A stretch of DNA of 30,785 bases from a bacterium (lineage in GTDB: Bacteria; Zixibacteria; MSB-5A5; GN15; FEB-12), in assembly GCA_043811375.1 (NCBI GenBank), contig JBDRNJ010000007.1, positions 1-30,785 on the forward strand, in the 5' to 3' direction. The stretch's first letter is position 1; every line of letters begins with the position of its first letter. This document shows positions 1 through 8,111 of this stretch, one piece after another. A program made the translations under genes and the position numbers. The notes under the pieces are model-generated. The model ran no database searches, was not told where the DNA came from, and saw nothing but the letters and a program-made list of their open reading frames with translations.

Positions 1-52
1 GACGAATCTCCTTCACTACCGATTCCGGACTCTGGCCCTGTTTGACACGCAT
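1..52 (-). CDS. IS3-family transposase OrfA, N-terminus only (partial)
   Basis: GAAAGGAGcaagccATG, then MRVKQGQSPESVVKEIR..., resembling the 'MRxKxG...AEQVVKDIRR' N-terminus of IS3 OrfA proteins. Only 17 codons are visible. Confidence 0.65.
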   Translation of the reverse strand, partial: MRVKQGQSPESVVKEIR

Positions 53-139
53 GGCTTGCTCCTTTCTCTAAGACTAAGTTATTAAAACTACGTCTTAACA
101 AAAAGCCCATCCGTGTCCGACTTCTGCTGAACCGATACA
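1..139 (-). mobile_element. Left end of an IS3-family-like insertion sequence (runs off the window start)
   Basis: The minus strand from 139 reads TGTATCGGTTCAGCAGAAGTCGGACAC, a TG-start terminal-IR-like sequence. An SD and an ORF resembling IS3 OrfA follow. The host FlgD gene sequence resumes abruptly at 140. Confidence 0.7.
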
Positions 140-141
140 GC

Positions 142-750
142 ATGTACGTGGTGGAGGCCTGGACCGATTCCAGCGGCGGTCAGTACTTTGGCATCGGCAC
201 CGATATTCTGGACTTCGATGTGACCCCGTCAACGAACGAGCGTTTTCACCACACTTCGTTTCTGTTGATCGATCCATCGAAGTTGACTATCAAGATATTC
301 GACCACCTGGGAGGATTGGTCACAACCTTGATCGACGCCATGCTCATGTCCGGTAGCTGCAATTTCACCTGGGACGGCACCGACAGCCTCGGCCAGCCGA
401 CCGATTCCGGCGACTACCGGGTGCTGCTGGTGGATACCTGCATGTACGGCGATATCGATACCGGGGAACCCGCCAACATCGTTACGAAAGAACAGTGGTT
501 CTATCATGTCTACAACCCGTACGTTGATTATACCCCGGGAGATGTTAACGACGATGGCTCGGTGGACGTGGCGGATTGCAACTACGTGATAGCGTATCTA
601 TTCCAGGCTGGTCCACCGCCACAACCGTACGAGTGTGTGGGTGACATCGACGCCACTGGTTCTATTGACGTGGGCGATCTGACCTATTTTGTAGCCTATC
701 TGTTTCAGGGCGGCTCGGCGCTTTTGGACGGCTGCCAGGTCTGGCAGTAG
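142..750 (+). pseudogene. 3' remnant of a FlgD-Ig-like plus dockerin-like surface protein, probably disrupted by the IS
   Basis: FlgD-type motif 'FTWDGTDSLGQPTDSGDY' and a duplicated dockerin motif ([29 protein letters not shown]). No signal peptide or SD. Begins 2 nt from the IS end with 'MYVVEA', which looks like the last strand of a preceding FlgD repeat. Confidence 0.65.
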
Positions 751-791
751 TAGCAGCAGGTCGCCCCTCTGTGGTTTCGACATAGAAACAT

Positions 792-884
792 TTCCCGGTG
801 GCGATAGCGACGGGGTCACACCTGTTCCCATTCCGAACACAGCAGTTAAGCCCGTCATCGTCGATGGTACTGCGTGGGTGACTG
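792..884 (+). rRNA. rrf: 5S rRNA, 3'-truncated and degenerate (probable pseudogene)
   Basis: CCCGGTGGCGATAGCGACGGGGTCACACCTGTTCCCATTCCGAACACAGCAGTTAAGCCCGTC..CGATGGTACTGCGTGGGTGACTG matches the bacterial 5S consensus. The expected GGGAGAGTAGG...CCGGG 3' part is absent, and there is no 23S upstream. Confidence 0.88.
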
Positions 885-899
885 GAACGTCCGGATTAT

Positions 900-1337
900 T
901 TATACGCCGGCTTTTATCTTGTCGGTTGCTATCGACTGGAACGAGAGGGCGTGACTGGGGCAGAAGTGGGCACAGACAGGATCACCGCCACAGAGATCAC
1001 ATTTGACGACCATGTCATGCTGAGTGTCGGGCAGTGAGCAGCCGAACGGACAGGCGGCAACGCAGGCCAGGCAACGGACGCACTTCTCCTGGTTGAGTTC
1101 TATCGCACCCGTGTCGGGGTTGCGGCGCAGGGCGTCAACCAGACACGATTTGACGCAGGCGGGATCGTCACATTGCAGACAGGTCAGCGGAATCCACAGA
1201 TCCTTGGTGCCGCTGTCAATAATTTTGATACGTGAATAACCCGGTTTGCCCTTGACGGCATGTGCAAATGAGCAGGCCAGTTCGCAGGTGCGACAGCCCG
1301 TACAGAGATCAGGTGATACCACGAACCGGGACTTCAT
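900..1337 (-). CDS. 4Fe-4S dicluster electron-transfer protein (CooF/HydN/AOR small-subunit type)
   Basis: Four Cys motifs: CTGCRTCELAC, CLQCDDPACVKSC, CVRCLACVAACP, KCDLCGGDPVCAHFCP. ATG at 1337 overlaps the upstream stop (ATGA). Confidence 0.88.
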   Translation of the reverse strand: MKSRFVVSPDLCTGCRTCELACSFAHAVKGKPGYSRIKIIDSGTKDLWIPLTCLQCDDPACVKSCLVDALRRNPDTGAIELNQEKCVRCLACVAACPFGCSLPDTQHDMVVKCDLCGGDPVCAHFCPSHALSFQSIATDKIKAGV

Positions 1338-2119
1338 GGCGTCGTCTCCCGCGACCAGGAAGTTATACGGCTCATGGTCTGTGCCAGATCCTGACGGTGA
1401 CATTCGTCACAGACCTCGAAGTATTCCAGCGGAATGTTCCTGGATTGGCTCAGTGATCGGGCGAAATCACGGGTGATGGTTATCTTGCCGCAGCGCGAGC
1501 AGGACAACAGTTCAAATCGTTTATCCCAAATAGTACGGATGCCGGCCTCGTCTGAGTATTTGATGACATCCGTGGGGCAGTTGATGGCGCAGGAGAGACA
1601 ACCGACACAGTCGACGGGAGCTTCATTGAGTGGCGGCGCCACTTCTTTGGTGTGACCGCGGCCGACTGTCGAGATGGCGGCAAACCCCATCTTTTCACAG
1701 ATGCGAGTGCACAGACCGCACAGGATGCAGTTGTCGCGATCGGGGATTTCTTCATAGGTGGTTTTGGTGATGCCGTACTCTTCCGCCAGTCGCTGGATGC
1801 GGGGCGAGTTGGGACAGCGAGCCAGGTAAAGGTCCATCAGTGTCCGACGCAACTGAACAACCTTGGTGGAATGGGTGCTGACGATCAGACCGTCCGCTAC
1901 CGGGTAAAGACAGGACGTGACGTAGTCCTTCCAGCCCTTCCATTCCTGCTTTGTAATCTCTACCGTACACAATCGGCAGGCGCCGAATGGTTCCACCGCT
2001 TCGTGATGACAGAGGGCGGGAATGTCGATACCCAGGCGTCGGAGCACCGTCAGGAGCATTTCTCCCCGACGGGCCTGTACTACCCGGCCATCTATCGTCA
2101 GATGTAACATGTCGTTCAT
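1334..2119 (-). CDS. NuoG/HydA-N-terminal-like Fe-S subunit (2Fe-2S plus 2x4Fe-4S) with no catalytic domain (BfuA/HoxU-like)
   Basis: IPALCHH..GACRLC...SC 2Fe-2S motif; CILCGLCTRIC; CVGCLSCAINCP; additional CSRC...CDEC. Only 261 aa, with no H-cluster or molybdopterin domain. Confidence 0.85.
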   Translation of the reverse strand: MNDMLHLTIDGRVVQARRGEMLLTVLRRLGIDIPALCHHEAVEPFGACRLCTVEITKQEWKGWKDYVTSCLYPVADGLIVSTHSTKVVQLRRTLMDLYLARCPNSPRIQRLAEEYGITKTTYEEIPDRDNCILCGLCTRICEKMGFAAISTVGRGHTKEVAPPLNEAPVDCVGCLSCAINCPTDVIKYSDEAGIRTIWDKRFELLSCSRCGKITITRDFARSLSQSRNIPLEYFEVCDECHRQDLAQTMSRITSWSRETTP

Positions 2120-3985
2120 TTATGTTACCTCAATCGCCTGGCGCGTGCAAACTGCAAAACAGGCGCCGCACTTGTCACACTTGTCCTGATCAATAACATG
2201 AACTTCACCCTTCTTGCCGGTGATAGCCATAACGGCGCAGGCGGGAACACAGGCCAGGCAGCCATCGCACAGGTCGGCAATGACGTCATAGCGAATCAGA
2301 GACCGACAGATTCCCGCCGGACAACGTTTGTCCTTGATATGGACGAGGTACTCGTCACGGAAATACCGTATCGTGCTCAGGAACGGATTAGGGCCTGACT
2401 TTCCCAGACCACACAGGGAGCCGATAATTATCATGTCCGACAATTGTTCCATCGTCTCCAGATCGTCTTCGGTGGCCTGTCCCTCACACACTTTTACAGC
2501 CAGTCGATGCAACTGGTATAATCCTTCCCGGCAGGGCGTGCACTTGCCGCATGATTCCTCGACCAGGAACGCCAGGAAATATCTGGCCAGATCGACGATA
2601 CAAGTACGATCATCAAGGACGATCATGCCACCGGAACCCATCATGGAGCCGGCCTCGGTCAGAGTGTCGAAATCAACCGGCAGGTCCAGTTTGGACTCCG
2701 GCAGACAGCCGCCGGATGGTCCGCCGGTCTGCACCGCCTTGAAGGGGCGGTCATCCTGTATGCCGCCGCCGATGTCGTAGATTATCTGACGCAGAGTCGT
2801 GCCCATCGGCACTTCTATCAAGCCGGTATTGCGCACTTTGCCGACCAGTGAGAACGCCTTGGTGCCGCTGCTGCCCTTAGTACCGACGGAGGCGAACTGC
2901 CGACCGCCATCACTGATTATTACCGGCACGTTGGCGAATGATTCGACGTTATTGAGCACCGTCGGTTTGTCGAAGAGTCCCTTGAGAACTGAGCGCACAT
3001 ACTTGGCTCGTGGTTCGCCTACCTCACCGGCCACAGACTTCATCAGGGCGGATGATTCACCGCACACAAAAGCGCCGCCGCCTCGACTGACGCTGAGATC
3101 AAACGAGAAATCACTGCCGAAGATATTCCGGCCGAGGAAACCGTGCTCTTGCGCCTGTTCAATGGCCAATTGCAGGTTCTGCACAGCCAGCGGGTACTCT
3201 TCGCGGACGTAGATATATCCTTCCTGCGATCCCACCGCCCGGGCGCAAATTATCATTCCTTCCAAAACCGAATGTGGGTCGCCCTCCATGATGGCACGGT
3301 CCATAAAGGCGCCGGGGTCACCCTCATCACCGTTGCAAATGACGTAATGCGGTTGCTCCGGTGCCTTACGGCAGGTATCCCACTTGCGACCGGCGAAAAA
3401 ACCGGCCCCGCCGCGACCGCGCAACCCCGAGAGACACATTTCCTCGATGATGCCATCGGGCGTTATCTCAGTAACTGCCTTGGCCAGCGCCTGGTAACCG
3501 CCCCGGGCGATATAGTCGCGGATATCATACTGACTGGTATGACCCAGGTTGCGCAGAGCAATGCGCTTCTGATGCGAATAGAAAGCGATATCGGCATATC
3601 GCTCAACCGACTGACCGGTTACGGGATCGGTATACAGAAGGTCGGTTATCACACCGCCGTTTCTGAGGGAAGTCTCGATTATCTTTTCAACGTGTTTGGG
3701 CTTTACTTTCGTGTAGAATATTCCCTCAGGTTCGATTACTACCAATGGACCCTGTTGGCACAGGCCATGGCAGCCGGTCTCCCTGAGAGCCTCAACGGAA
3801 AAACCCTTGATGCGCTTTTTCTTCAGGAGTTTTTTGAATTCAGCAGTGATCTTCGCCGCACCGCTGGCCAGGCAACCGGGTCCACAACAAACCAGCACTT
3901 TCCTGGTAAATTTCTTCTCCTCGGCCAGGCAGCGCTTCTGCAGATCATTCAATTGTCGACAGGTTTGTACCGGCATCTCAGCCAC
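2120..3985 (-). CDS. nuoF: NADH-binding FMN flavoprotein subunit, NuoF/HydB(BfuB)-like
   Basis: SGLRGRGGAGF, NGDEGDPGAFMDR, GAFVCGE, GGPSGG, ESCGKCTPCREG, CGLG. N-terminal thioredoxin-like 2Fe-2S domain and C-terminal 2x4Fe-4S domain. Confidence 0.92.
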   Translation of the reverse strand: MAEMPVQTCRQLNDLQKRCLAEEKKFTRKVLVCCGPGCLASGAAKITAEFKKLLKKKRIKGFSVEALRETGCHGLCQQGPLVVIEPEGIFYTKVKPKHVEKIIETSLRNGGVITDLLYTDPVTGQSVERYADIAFYSHQKRIALRNLGHTSQYDIRDYIARGGYQALAKAVTEITPDGIIEEMCLSGLRGRGGAGFFAGRKWDTCRKAPEQPHYVICNGDEGDPGAFMDRAIMEGDPHSVLEGMIICARAVGSQEGYIYVREEYPLAVQNLQLAIEQAQEHGFLGRNIFGSDFSFDLSVSRGGGAFVCGESSALMKSVAGEVGEPRAKYVRSVLKGLFDKPTVLNNVESFANVPVIISDGGRQFASVGTKGSSGTKAFSLVGKVRNTGLIEVPMGTTLRQIIYDIGGGIQDDRPFKAVQTGGPSGGCLPESKLDLPVDFDTLTEAGSMMGSGGMIVLDDRTCIVDLARYFLAFLVEESCGKCTPCREGLYQLHRLAVKVCEGQATEDDLETMEQLSDMIIIGSLCGLGKSGPNPFLSTIRYFRDEYLVHIKDKRCPAGICRSLIRYDVIADLCDGCLACVPACAVMAITGKKGEVHVIDQDKCDKCGACFAVCTRQAIEVT

Positions 3986-4433
3986 CCCTCGTCAGTTTGC
4001 GCGAGTCGCTCACCTTGACCGAGCCATAATACTTGTCATTGACGATAACTACCGGCGCCATGGCGCAAGCACCGACGCAATTGACGACTTCGATTGTGTA
4101 TTTCAGGTCGGGTGTCGTTTCTCCGGCTTTAATCTTGAGTCGATTCTCAAGTTGTTCCTGTATCTGCCGGGCGCCGCGAATGTGACAAGTGGTGCCGACA
4201 CAGACGCGGATGATACGTTCGCCCCGCGGATTGAGGCTGAAAGCATTGTAAAACGTCGAGACGGAAAAGACCTTGCTCAAAGGGACATCGAGAACCCGCG
4301 CTGTTTCCTTCAGCGCTTCACAGGGGAGGTAGTGGTATTCTTTCTGGATGTCCTGCAGGACGGCAATCAGCGATTCCGGCTTCTGCGGGTAGCGCTCTAT
4401 GATTTCGGGAAGTTTGTTGAAGTCGTGCGTCAT
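3978..4433 (-). CDS. nuoE: NuoE/HydC(BfuC)-like 2Fe-2S subunit
   Basis: LQDIQKEYHYLP, TFYNAFSL, CVGTTCH...NCVGACAMAPVV. Confidence 0.92.
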   Translation of the reverse strand: MTHDFNKLPEIIERYPQKPESLIAVLQDIQKEYHYLPCEALKETARVLDVPLSKVFSVSTFYNAFSLNPRGERIIRVCVGTTCHIRGARQIQEQLENRLKIKAGETTPDLKYTIEVVNCVGACAMAPVVIVNDKYYGSVKVSDSRKLTRGG

Positions 4434-4993
4434 TTCCTGCCCTTTCCGACACGAGCCTTCAGGCCGAGCTGGTAGCCTTCTTCGAGGACAGCCAGGTTAA
4501 TGTCTAAAACGTCCTTCTTTCTGGCCATCTTCACCCTGATCATATCTTTGATTGTGTCCAACGCTACAATTTCTGAAGCGCCCACAAAAGCACCGAGTAC
4601 AGCAACGTTGGCTGATCTGGCATTGCCTGCTTTCATGGCCATCTCGTTGGCCGGTACCAGTAACTGCGTGAAATCGTTGCGGTCAGAGGTGACATTAATC
4701 AGGGAACTGTTGACAATAAACAATCCGTTTGGCTTCACAAGCGGCTCAAATTTGTCAAACGAAGGCCGGTTGAACACACAGATACTCAGAGGGTTGGGGA
4801 CAATCGGAGAACCGATCCGAACGTCCGAAATCACAACTGTGCAGTAAGCCGTACCGCCTCGCATTTCCGGACCGTACGAGGGAATCCAGGCGACCTGCTT
4901 ACCTTCCTCAATGCCGGAGTAGGCCAGAAGCTGCCCGGCCGTCATGATGCCCTGGCCGCCAAACCCGGCAAACATAACCTCGTACTGAATCAT
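4430..4993 (-). CDS. 2-oxoacid:ferredoxin oxidoreductase gamma subunit
   Basis: AGFGGQGI, PSYGPEMRGGTA. ATG at 4993 overlaps the beta-subunit stop (ATGA), with SD AAAGGA. Confidence 0.92.
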   Translation of the reverse strand: MIQYEVMFAGFGGQGIMTAGQLLAYSGIEEGKQVAWIPSYGPEMRGGTAYCTVVISDVRIGSPIVPNPLSICVFNRPSFDKFEPLVKPNGLFIVNSSLINVTSDRNDFTQLLVPANEMAMKAGNARSANVAVLGAFVGASEIVALDTIKDMIRVKMARKKDVLDINLAVLEEGYQLGLKARVGKGRK

Positions 4994-5757
4994 CCGTTTC
5001 CTTTCGGAGTTTCCGGGTTTTTGAAGCAACCGAGAGGATAGTACGGGATCATCACATCGTTGAGCCAGGTAGTCGATTCGCTGGTTGTCTTGCCCCAGTT
5101 GGTGGGGCAGGTCGACAGGACCTCAATCATAGAGAAACAACGGTTTTCTTTCTGATACTTGAACGCCTGGCGGATTACTTTCTTAGCCTGGATAATGTGC
5201 CGCGGTGTATGTACCGCCACTCGCACTATGTAACCGGGAGTAACCAGCGCAGCCAGCAGTTCGGCCATTCGCACCGGGTGACCGACGTCAGCCACATCGC
5301 GACCGACCGGACAGGTAGTTGTCTTTTGCCCGGGCATGGTGGTAGGAGCCATCTGACCGCCGGTCATGCCATAGACGGCATTGTTGACGAAGATGGTCGT
5401 GAACTTCTCGCCTCGATTGGCGGCATGGACAATCTCGCCCATCCCTATCGACGCCAGGTCACCGTCACCCTGATAAGTGAAAACGATCATATCCGGCCGC
5501 AGGCGCTTGAAACCGGTGGCAAACGCCGGTGCCCGACCATGTGCCGCTTCAAGAAAATCACAGTTGAAATAATTATAGGCCAGCACAGAGCAGCCCACCG
5601 GTGCAATACCCAGGGTTCTTTCCCGCAGACCCAGTTCATCCAGCGATTCGGCCACCAGGCGATGGATGATGCCGTGAGTGCATCCCGGACAGTAGTGGGT
5701 AACAGTCTCCTGCATGGCCTCAGGACGGGAAAACAGGGTTGATAAGTCACTGCTCAT
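4990..5757 (-). CDS. 2-oxoacid:ferredoxin oxidoreductase beta (TPP-binding) subunit
   Basis: HYCPGCTHG, PVGCS, HGRA, YQGDGD, NNAVYGMTGGQMAPT, STCPTNW. Start placed at ATG 5757 (SD GAGG). Confidence 0.93.
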   Translation of the reverse strand: MSSDLSTLFSRPEAMQETVTHYCPGCTHGIIHRLVAESLDELGLRERTLGIAPVGCSVLAYNYFNCDFLEAAHGRAPAFATGFKRLRPDMIVFTYQGDGDLASIGMGEIVHAANRGEKFTTIFVNNAVYGMTGGQMAPTTMPGQKTTTCPVGRDVADVGHPVRMAELLAALVTPGYIVRVAVHTPRHIIQAKKVIRQAFKYQKENRCFSMIEVLSTCPTNWGKTTSESTTWLNDVMIPYYPLGCFKNPETPKGNG

Positions 5758-5764
5758 ATTGCCC

Positions 5765-6862
5765 TCAATGTTTCTTCCTGGCCGTTGACGAACGAGCCTT
5801 GCCGACCATGAGCTTCCGAACCGCTTGCTTAACCTCATCAGGAGTCGGCACGATGCCTCCGGTACGGCCGAAGAATTTCACCGGTCTGGCGCCAAGCACG
5901 GCTCTCTCAACGTCTTCCAGCATCTGGCCGGTGCTCATCTCAACCGTGAGCACATTCTTGATGTTTTTCTTTTCGGCTTGCTTCCGAAGCTCGTCGTAGG
6001 GGAAGGGGAACAGGCTGATCGGTCGCATCAGCCCCACACTAAGTCCCTCGGACTCCAGTTCGTCGATGGCCGTTTGGCAGATGCGCGCCATCGTCCCGTA
6101 CGATACAATCAACACCCTGTTCTTTGGCTTGACATTGTGTGATTCGAAGCGGATTTCTTCGCGTTTCATCTGCTGGTACTTTTCTTCAAGAATCGAGCAG
6201 TTGTCTTCAAGACCTTCGGGGTCGAGGAACAGCGACTTAATGATCCTCGGTCGGCGGTTATCAGCGCCGGTAGCAGCCCAGTCCTTGGCCGGCAGCGGAG
6301 GTTCCTTGTAATCCTCGGGAAACTCCACAGCTTCCATCATCTGGCCGATCATGCCGTCACCGATCAACATTACCGGGTTGCGGTACTTGTCGGCCAGATA
6401 GAACGCCAGCATCATCAAGTCCACCGCTTCCTGCACCGTCGAAGGCGCCAGTACCAGTACCCGGTAATCGCCGTGGCCGCCGCCACGAGTTGCCTGAAAA
6501 TAGTCTGATTGCGCCGGCAGGATTCCTCCCAGACCGGGACCGCCGCGCATGATGTTGACTATAACCACCGGGAGCTGCGCTCCGGCCATGTACGATATCG
6601 CTTCCTGCATAAGGCTGATGCCCGGGCTGGAAGACGTGGTAAATACTCGTTTGCCGGTGGAAGCGGCGCCAAAGAGCATATTGCCGACGGCCACTTCGCT
6701 TTCACCCTGCAGAAATACCTTGCCCACTTCCGGCATACGCTTGGACAGGTACTCGGCCACCTCTGATTGTGGAGTGATGGGGTAACAGAAGTAACCCTCG
6801 GCTCCGGCCCGCAACGCCGCCTCAGCGATCGCTTCGTTGCCTTTCATCAGTACTCTTGCCAT
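5765..6862 (-). CDS. vorB: 2-oxoacid:ferredoxin oxidoreductase alpha subunit (3-methyl-2-oxobutanoate/VOR type)
   Basis: MKGNEAIAEAA, YPITPQSE, QGESE, SSSPGISL, RGGPGLG, GGGHGDY, VEMSTGQM. Confidence 0.9.
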   Translation of the reverse strand: MARVLMKGNEAIAEAALRAGAEGYFCYPITPQSEVAEYLSKRMPEVGKVFLQGESEVAVGNMLFGAASTGKRVFTTSSSPGISLMQEAISYMAGAQLPVVIVNIMRGGPGLGGILPAQSDYFQATRGGGHGDYRVLVLAPSTVQEAVDLMMLAFYLADKYRNPVMLIGDGMIGQMMEAVEFPEDYKEPPLPAKDWAATGADNRRPRIIKSLFLDPEGLEDNCSILEEKYQQMKREEIRFESHNVKPKNRVLIVSYGTMARICQTAIDELESEGLSVGLMRPISLFPFPYDELRKQAEKKNIKNVLTVEMSTGQMLEDVERAVLGARPVKFFGRTGGIVPTPDEVKQAVRKLMVGKARSSTARKKH

Positions 6863-6891
6863 GGCCTTATCCTCAAATACTCCTGTGCCGT

Positions 6892-7125
6892 CTAATACTC
6901 ATAAAGACTATAGCTGGTTCCGTGACAGTGAACCGTGATCGCCACATCCGGACACTGGATAGCACACAATTGGCAGCCGATGCAGCGGGATGGATCATGT
7001 ACCTGGGCGTAGAAGTACCCCCGCACCGTGATCTCCCTGGACATGGAGATGATCTTCATGGGGCAGACCTGAAGGCACAGTTCACAGCCTTTGCAATGAT
7101 TCTTGTCGACGGATATTCCGGGCAT
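6892..7125 (-). CDS. 2x[4Fe-4S] ferredoxin, oxidoreductase delta subunit
   Basis: CKGCELCLQVCP and CIGCQLCAIQCPDVAI, directly upstream of the alpha subunit. Confidence 0.9.
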   Translation of the reverse strand: MPGISVDKNHCKGCELCLQVCPMKIISMSREITVRGYFYAQVHDPSRCIGCQLCAIQCPDVAITVHCHGTSYSLYEY

Positions 7126-7128
7126 TGG

Positions 7129-7848
7129 CTATCCCATCGGCCTTTCCCAGGGTTTCAAAAGCAGACGGTCCAGTACCAGCACCGGCACGTCGATGTCTGC
7201 GATGTCGATTGTTTCCAGCACCTCCCGGGTCGAGCTCATAAAAACAGTCGGTAAGCCAGTTTGTTGGTGCAGGTCCCCGGCCAGATTCATTCCGCTCAGG
7301 ACCGTTTCAGCAGTCGTATCTTCCAACAAATGGGTATTGGCAATGGTTCCCGTGAACTTCAGACGAGACGCGGCTTCAATCTCTCCTATCAGTTTGACGC
7401 AACCGTCAACGTCCTGCGTAAAAGGACGGTTGGCATTCAACACCAGCAGAAGTTCGTATTCTCCTTCTGTGAAGGACCCGGCCAGGGAACTGAGGATACG
7501 CGCGCCGACGTCGTCGCCACCGATATCGAGTATCAGGACACCGTCATGACGCTCGACCGATCCCCGGATTTCCGGCAGTATGATCGGCAGGTCGGCATGA
7601 CGATAGCCACCGCGCGGGTTGAGAGTCTTGACAGTCAGCTTTTCAAGTTGCTCGTCGGCTTCACGAGATCGGAAGTAAGGATTGACTATATCCAGGTCGG
7701 CGATAGCCACCGGCCGGTTCTGGCTAACGGCCAGATGGCGGGCAAGGTTGATCGCTACCTCTGATTTGCCGCTGCCGTAGCCACCGACAATAATCAACCT
7801 GTTCTTGATAAAAGAAGGAGTGGGGAACTCTTTCACCGGCTGGTCCAT
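7129..7848 (-). CDS. P-loop ATP-binding protein (MinD/CobQ-like, VOR-operon associated)
   Basis: Walker A GGYGSGKS, DLDIVNPYFRSRE, DIGGDDVGAR, NANRPFT. Start is ATG 7848 or GTG 7854. Confidence 0.82.
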   Translation of the reverse strand: MDQPVKEFPTPSFIKNRLIIVGGYGSGKSEVAINLARHLAVSQNRPVAIADLDIVNPYFRSREADEQLEKLTVKTLNPRGGYRHADLPIILPEIRGSVERHDGVLILDIGGDDVGARILSSLAGSFTEGEYELLLVLNANRPFTQDVDGCVKLIGEIEAASRLKFTGTIANTHLLEDTTAETVLSGMNLAGDLHQQTGLPTVFMSSTREVLETIDIADIDVPVLVLDRLLLKPWERPMG

Positions 7849-7957
7849 CAACACTATCAGATAACCTTCACACGCTCAACCAATCACAACTCATTTCTCG
7901 ACCGCTCACAGCTTCCACCGCAGCGGTCAACTCCCCACGCGTCACAGACGCGGGTGC

Positions 7958-7986
7958 AATATGTCAAGCCGCCCGGCCAATGTCAA
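7958..7986 (-). promoter_or_regulatory. Candidate sigma70 promoter of the oxidoreductase operon
   Basis: TTGACA (7986-7981), 17 nt, CATATT. A second TTGACA lies at 7967-7962. Confidence 0.5.
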
Positions 7987-7992
7987 GGCTAT

Positions 7993-8010
7993 TTGTGAAA
8001 ACAATAACAA
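7993..8010. promoter_or_regulatory. Rex-like operator
   Basis: TTGTGAAAACAATAACAA versus the Rex consensus TTGTGAAnnnnTTCACAA (12 of 14 positions match), adjacent to the -35 box. Confidence 0.62.
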
Positions 8011-8111
8011 TGAGGTCTGTTTGACAGACCCCACCGTTTCGATTATATTGGTCGGTCATAAAGGCTTATGGATACTGACAGGATCAGTTTGTTAGAGCGG
8101 ACCGATTGAAA

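Noticed and set aside
598..858. 86-aa minus-strand ORF (MTGLTAVFGMGTGV...)
   Set aside because: Antisense translation of the 5S rRNA and the dockerin gene; a typical spurious ORF.
1334..4433. Respiratory complex I or [FeFe]-hydrogenase
   Set aside because: No other nuo subunits are present and there are no H-cluster motifs.
3143..4475. Long plus-strand ORFs (291 aa and 222 aa)
   Set aside because: Antisense shadows of the nuoF/nuoE-like genes, with no recognisable motifs.
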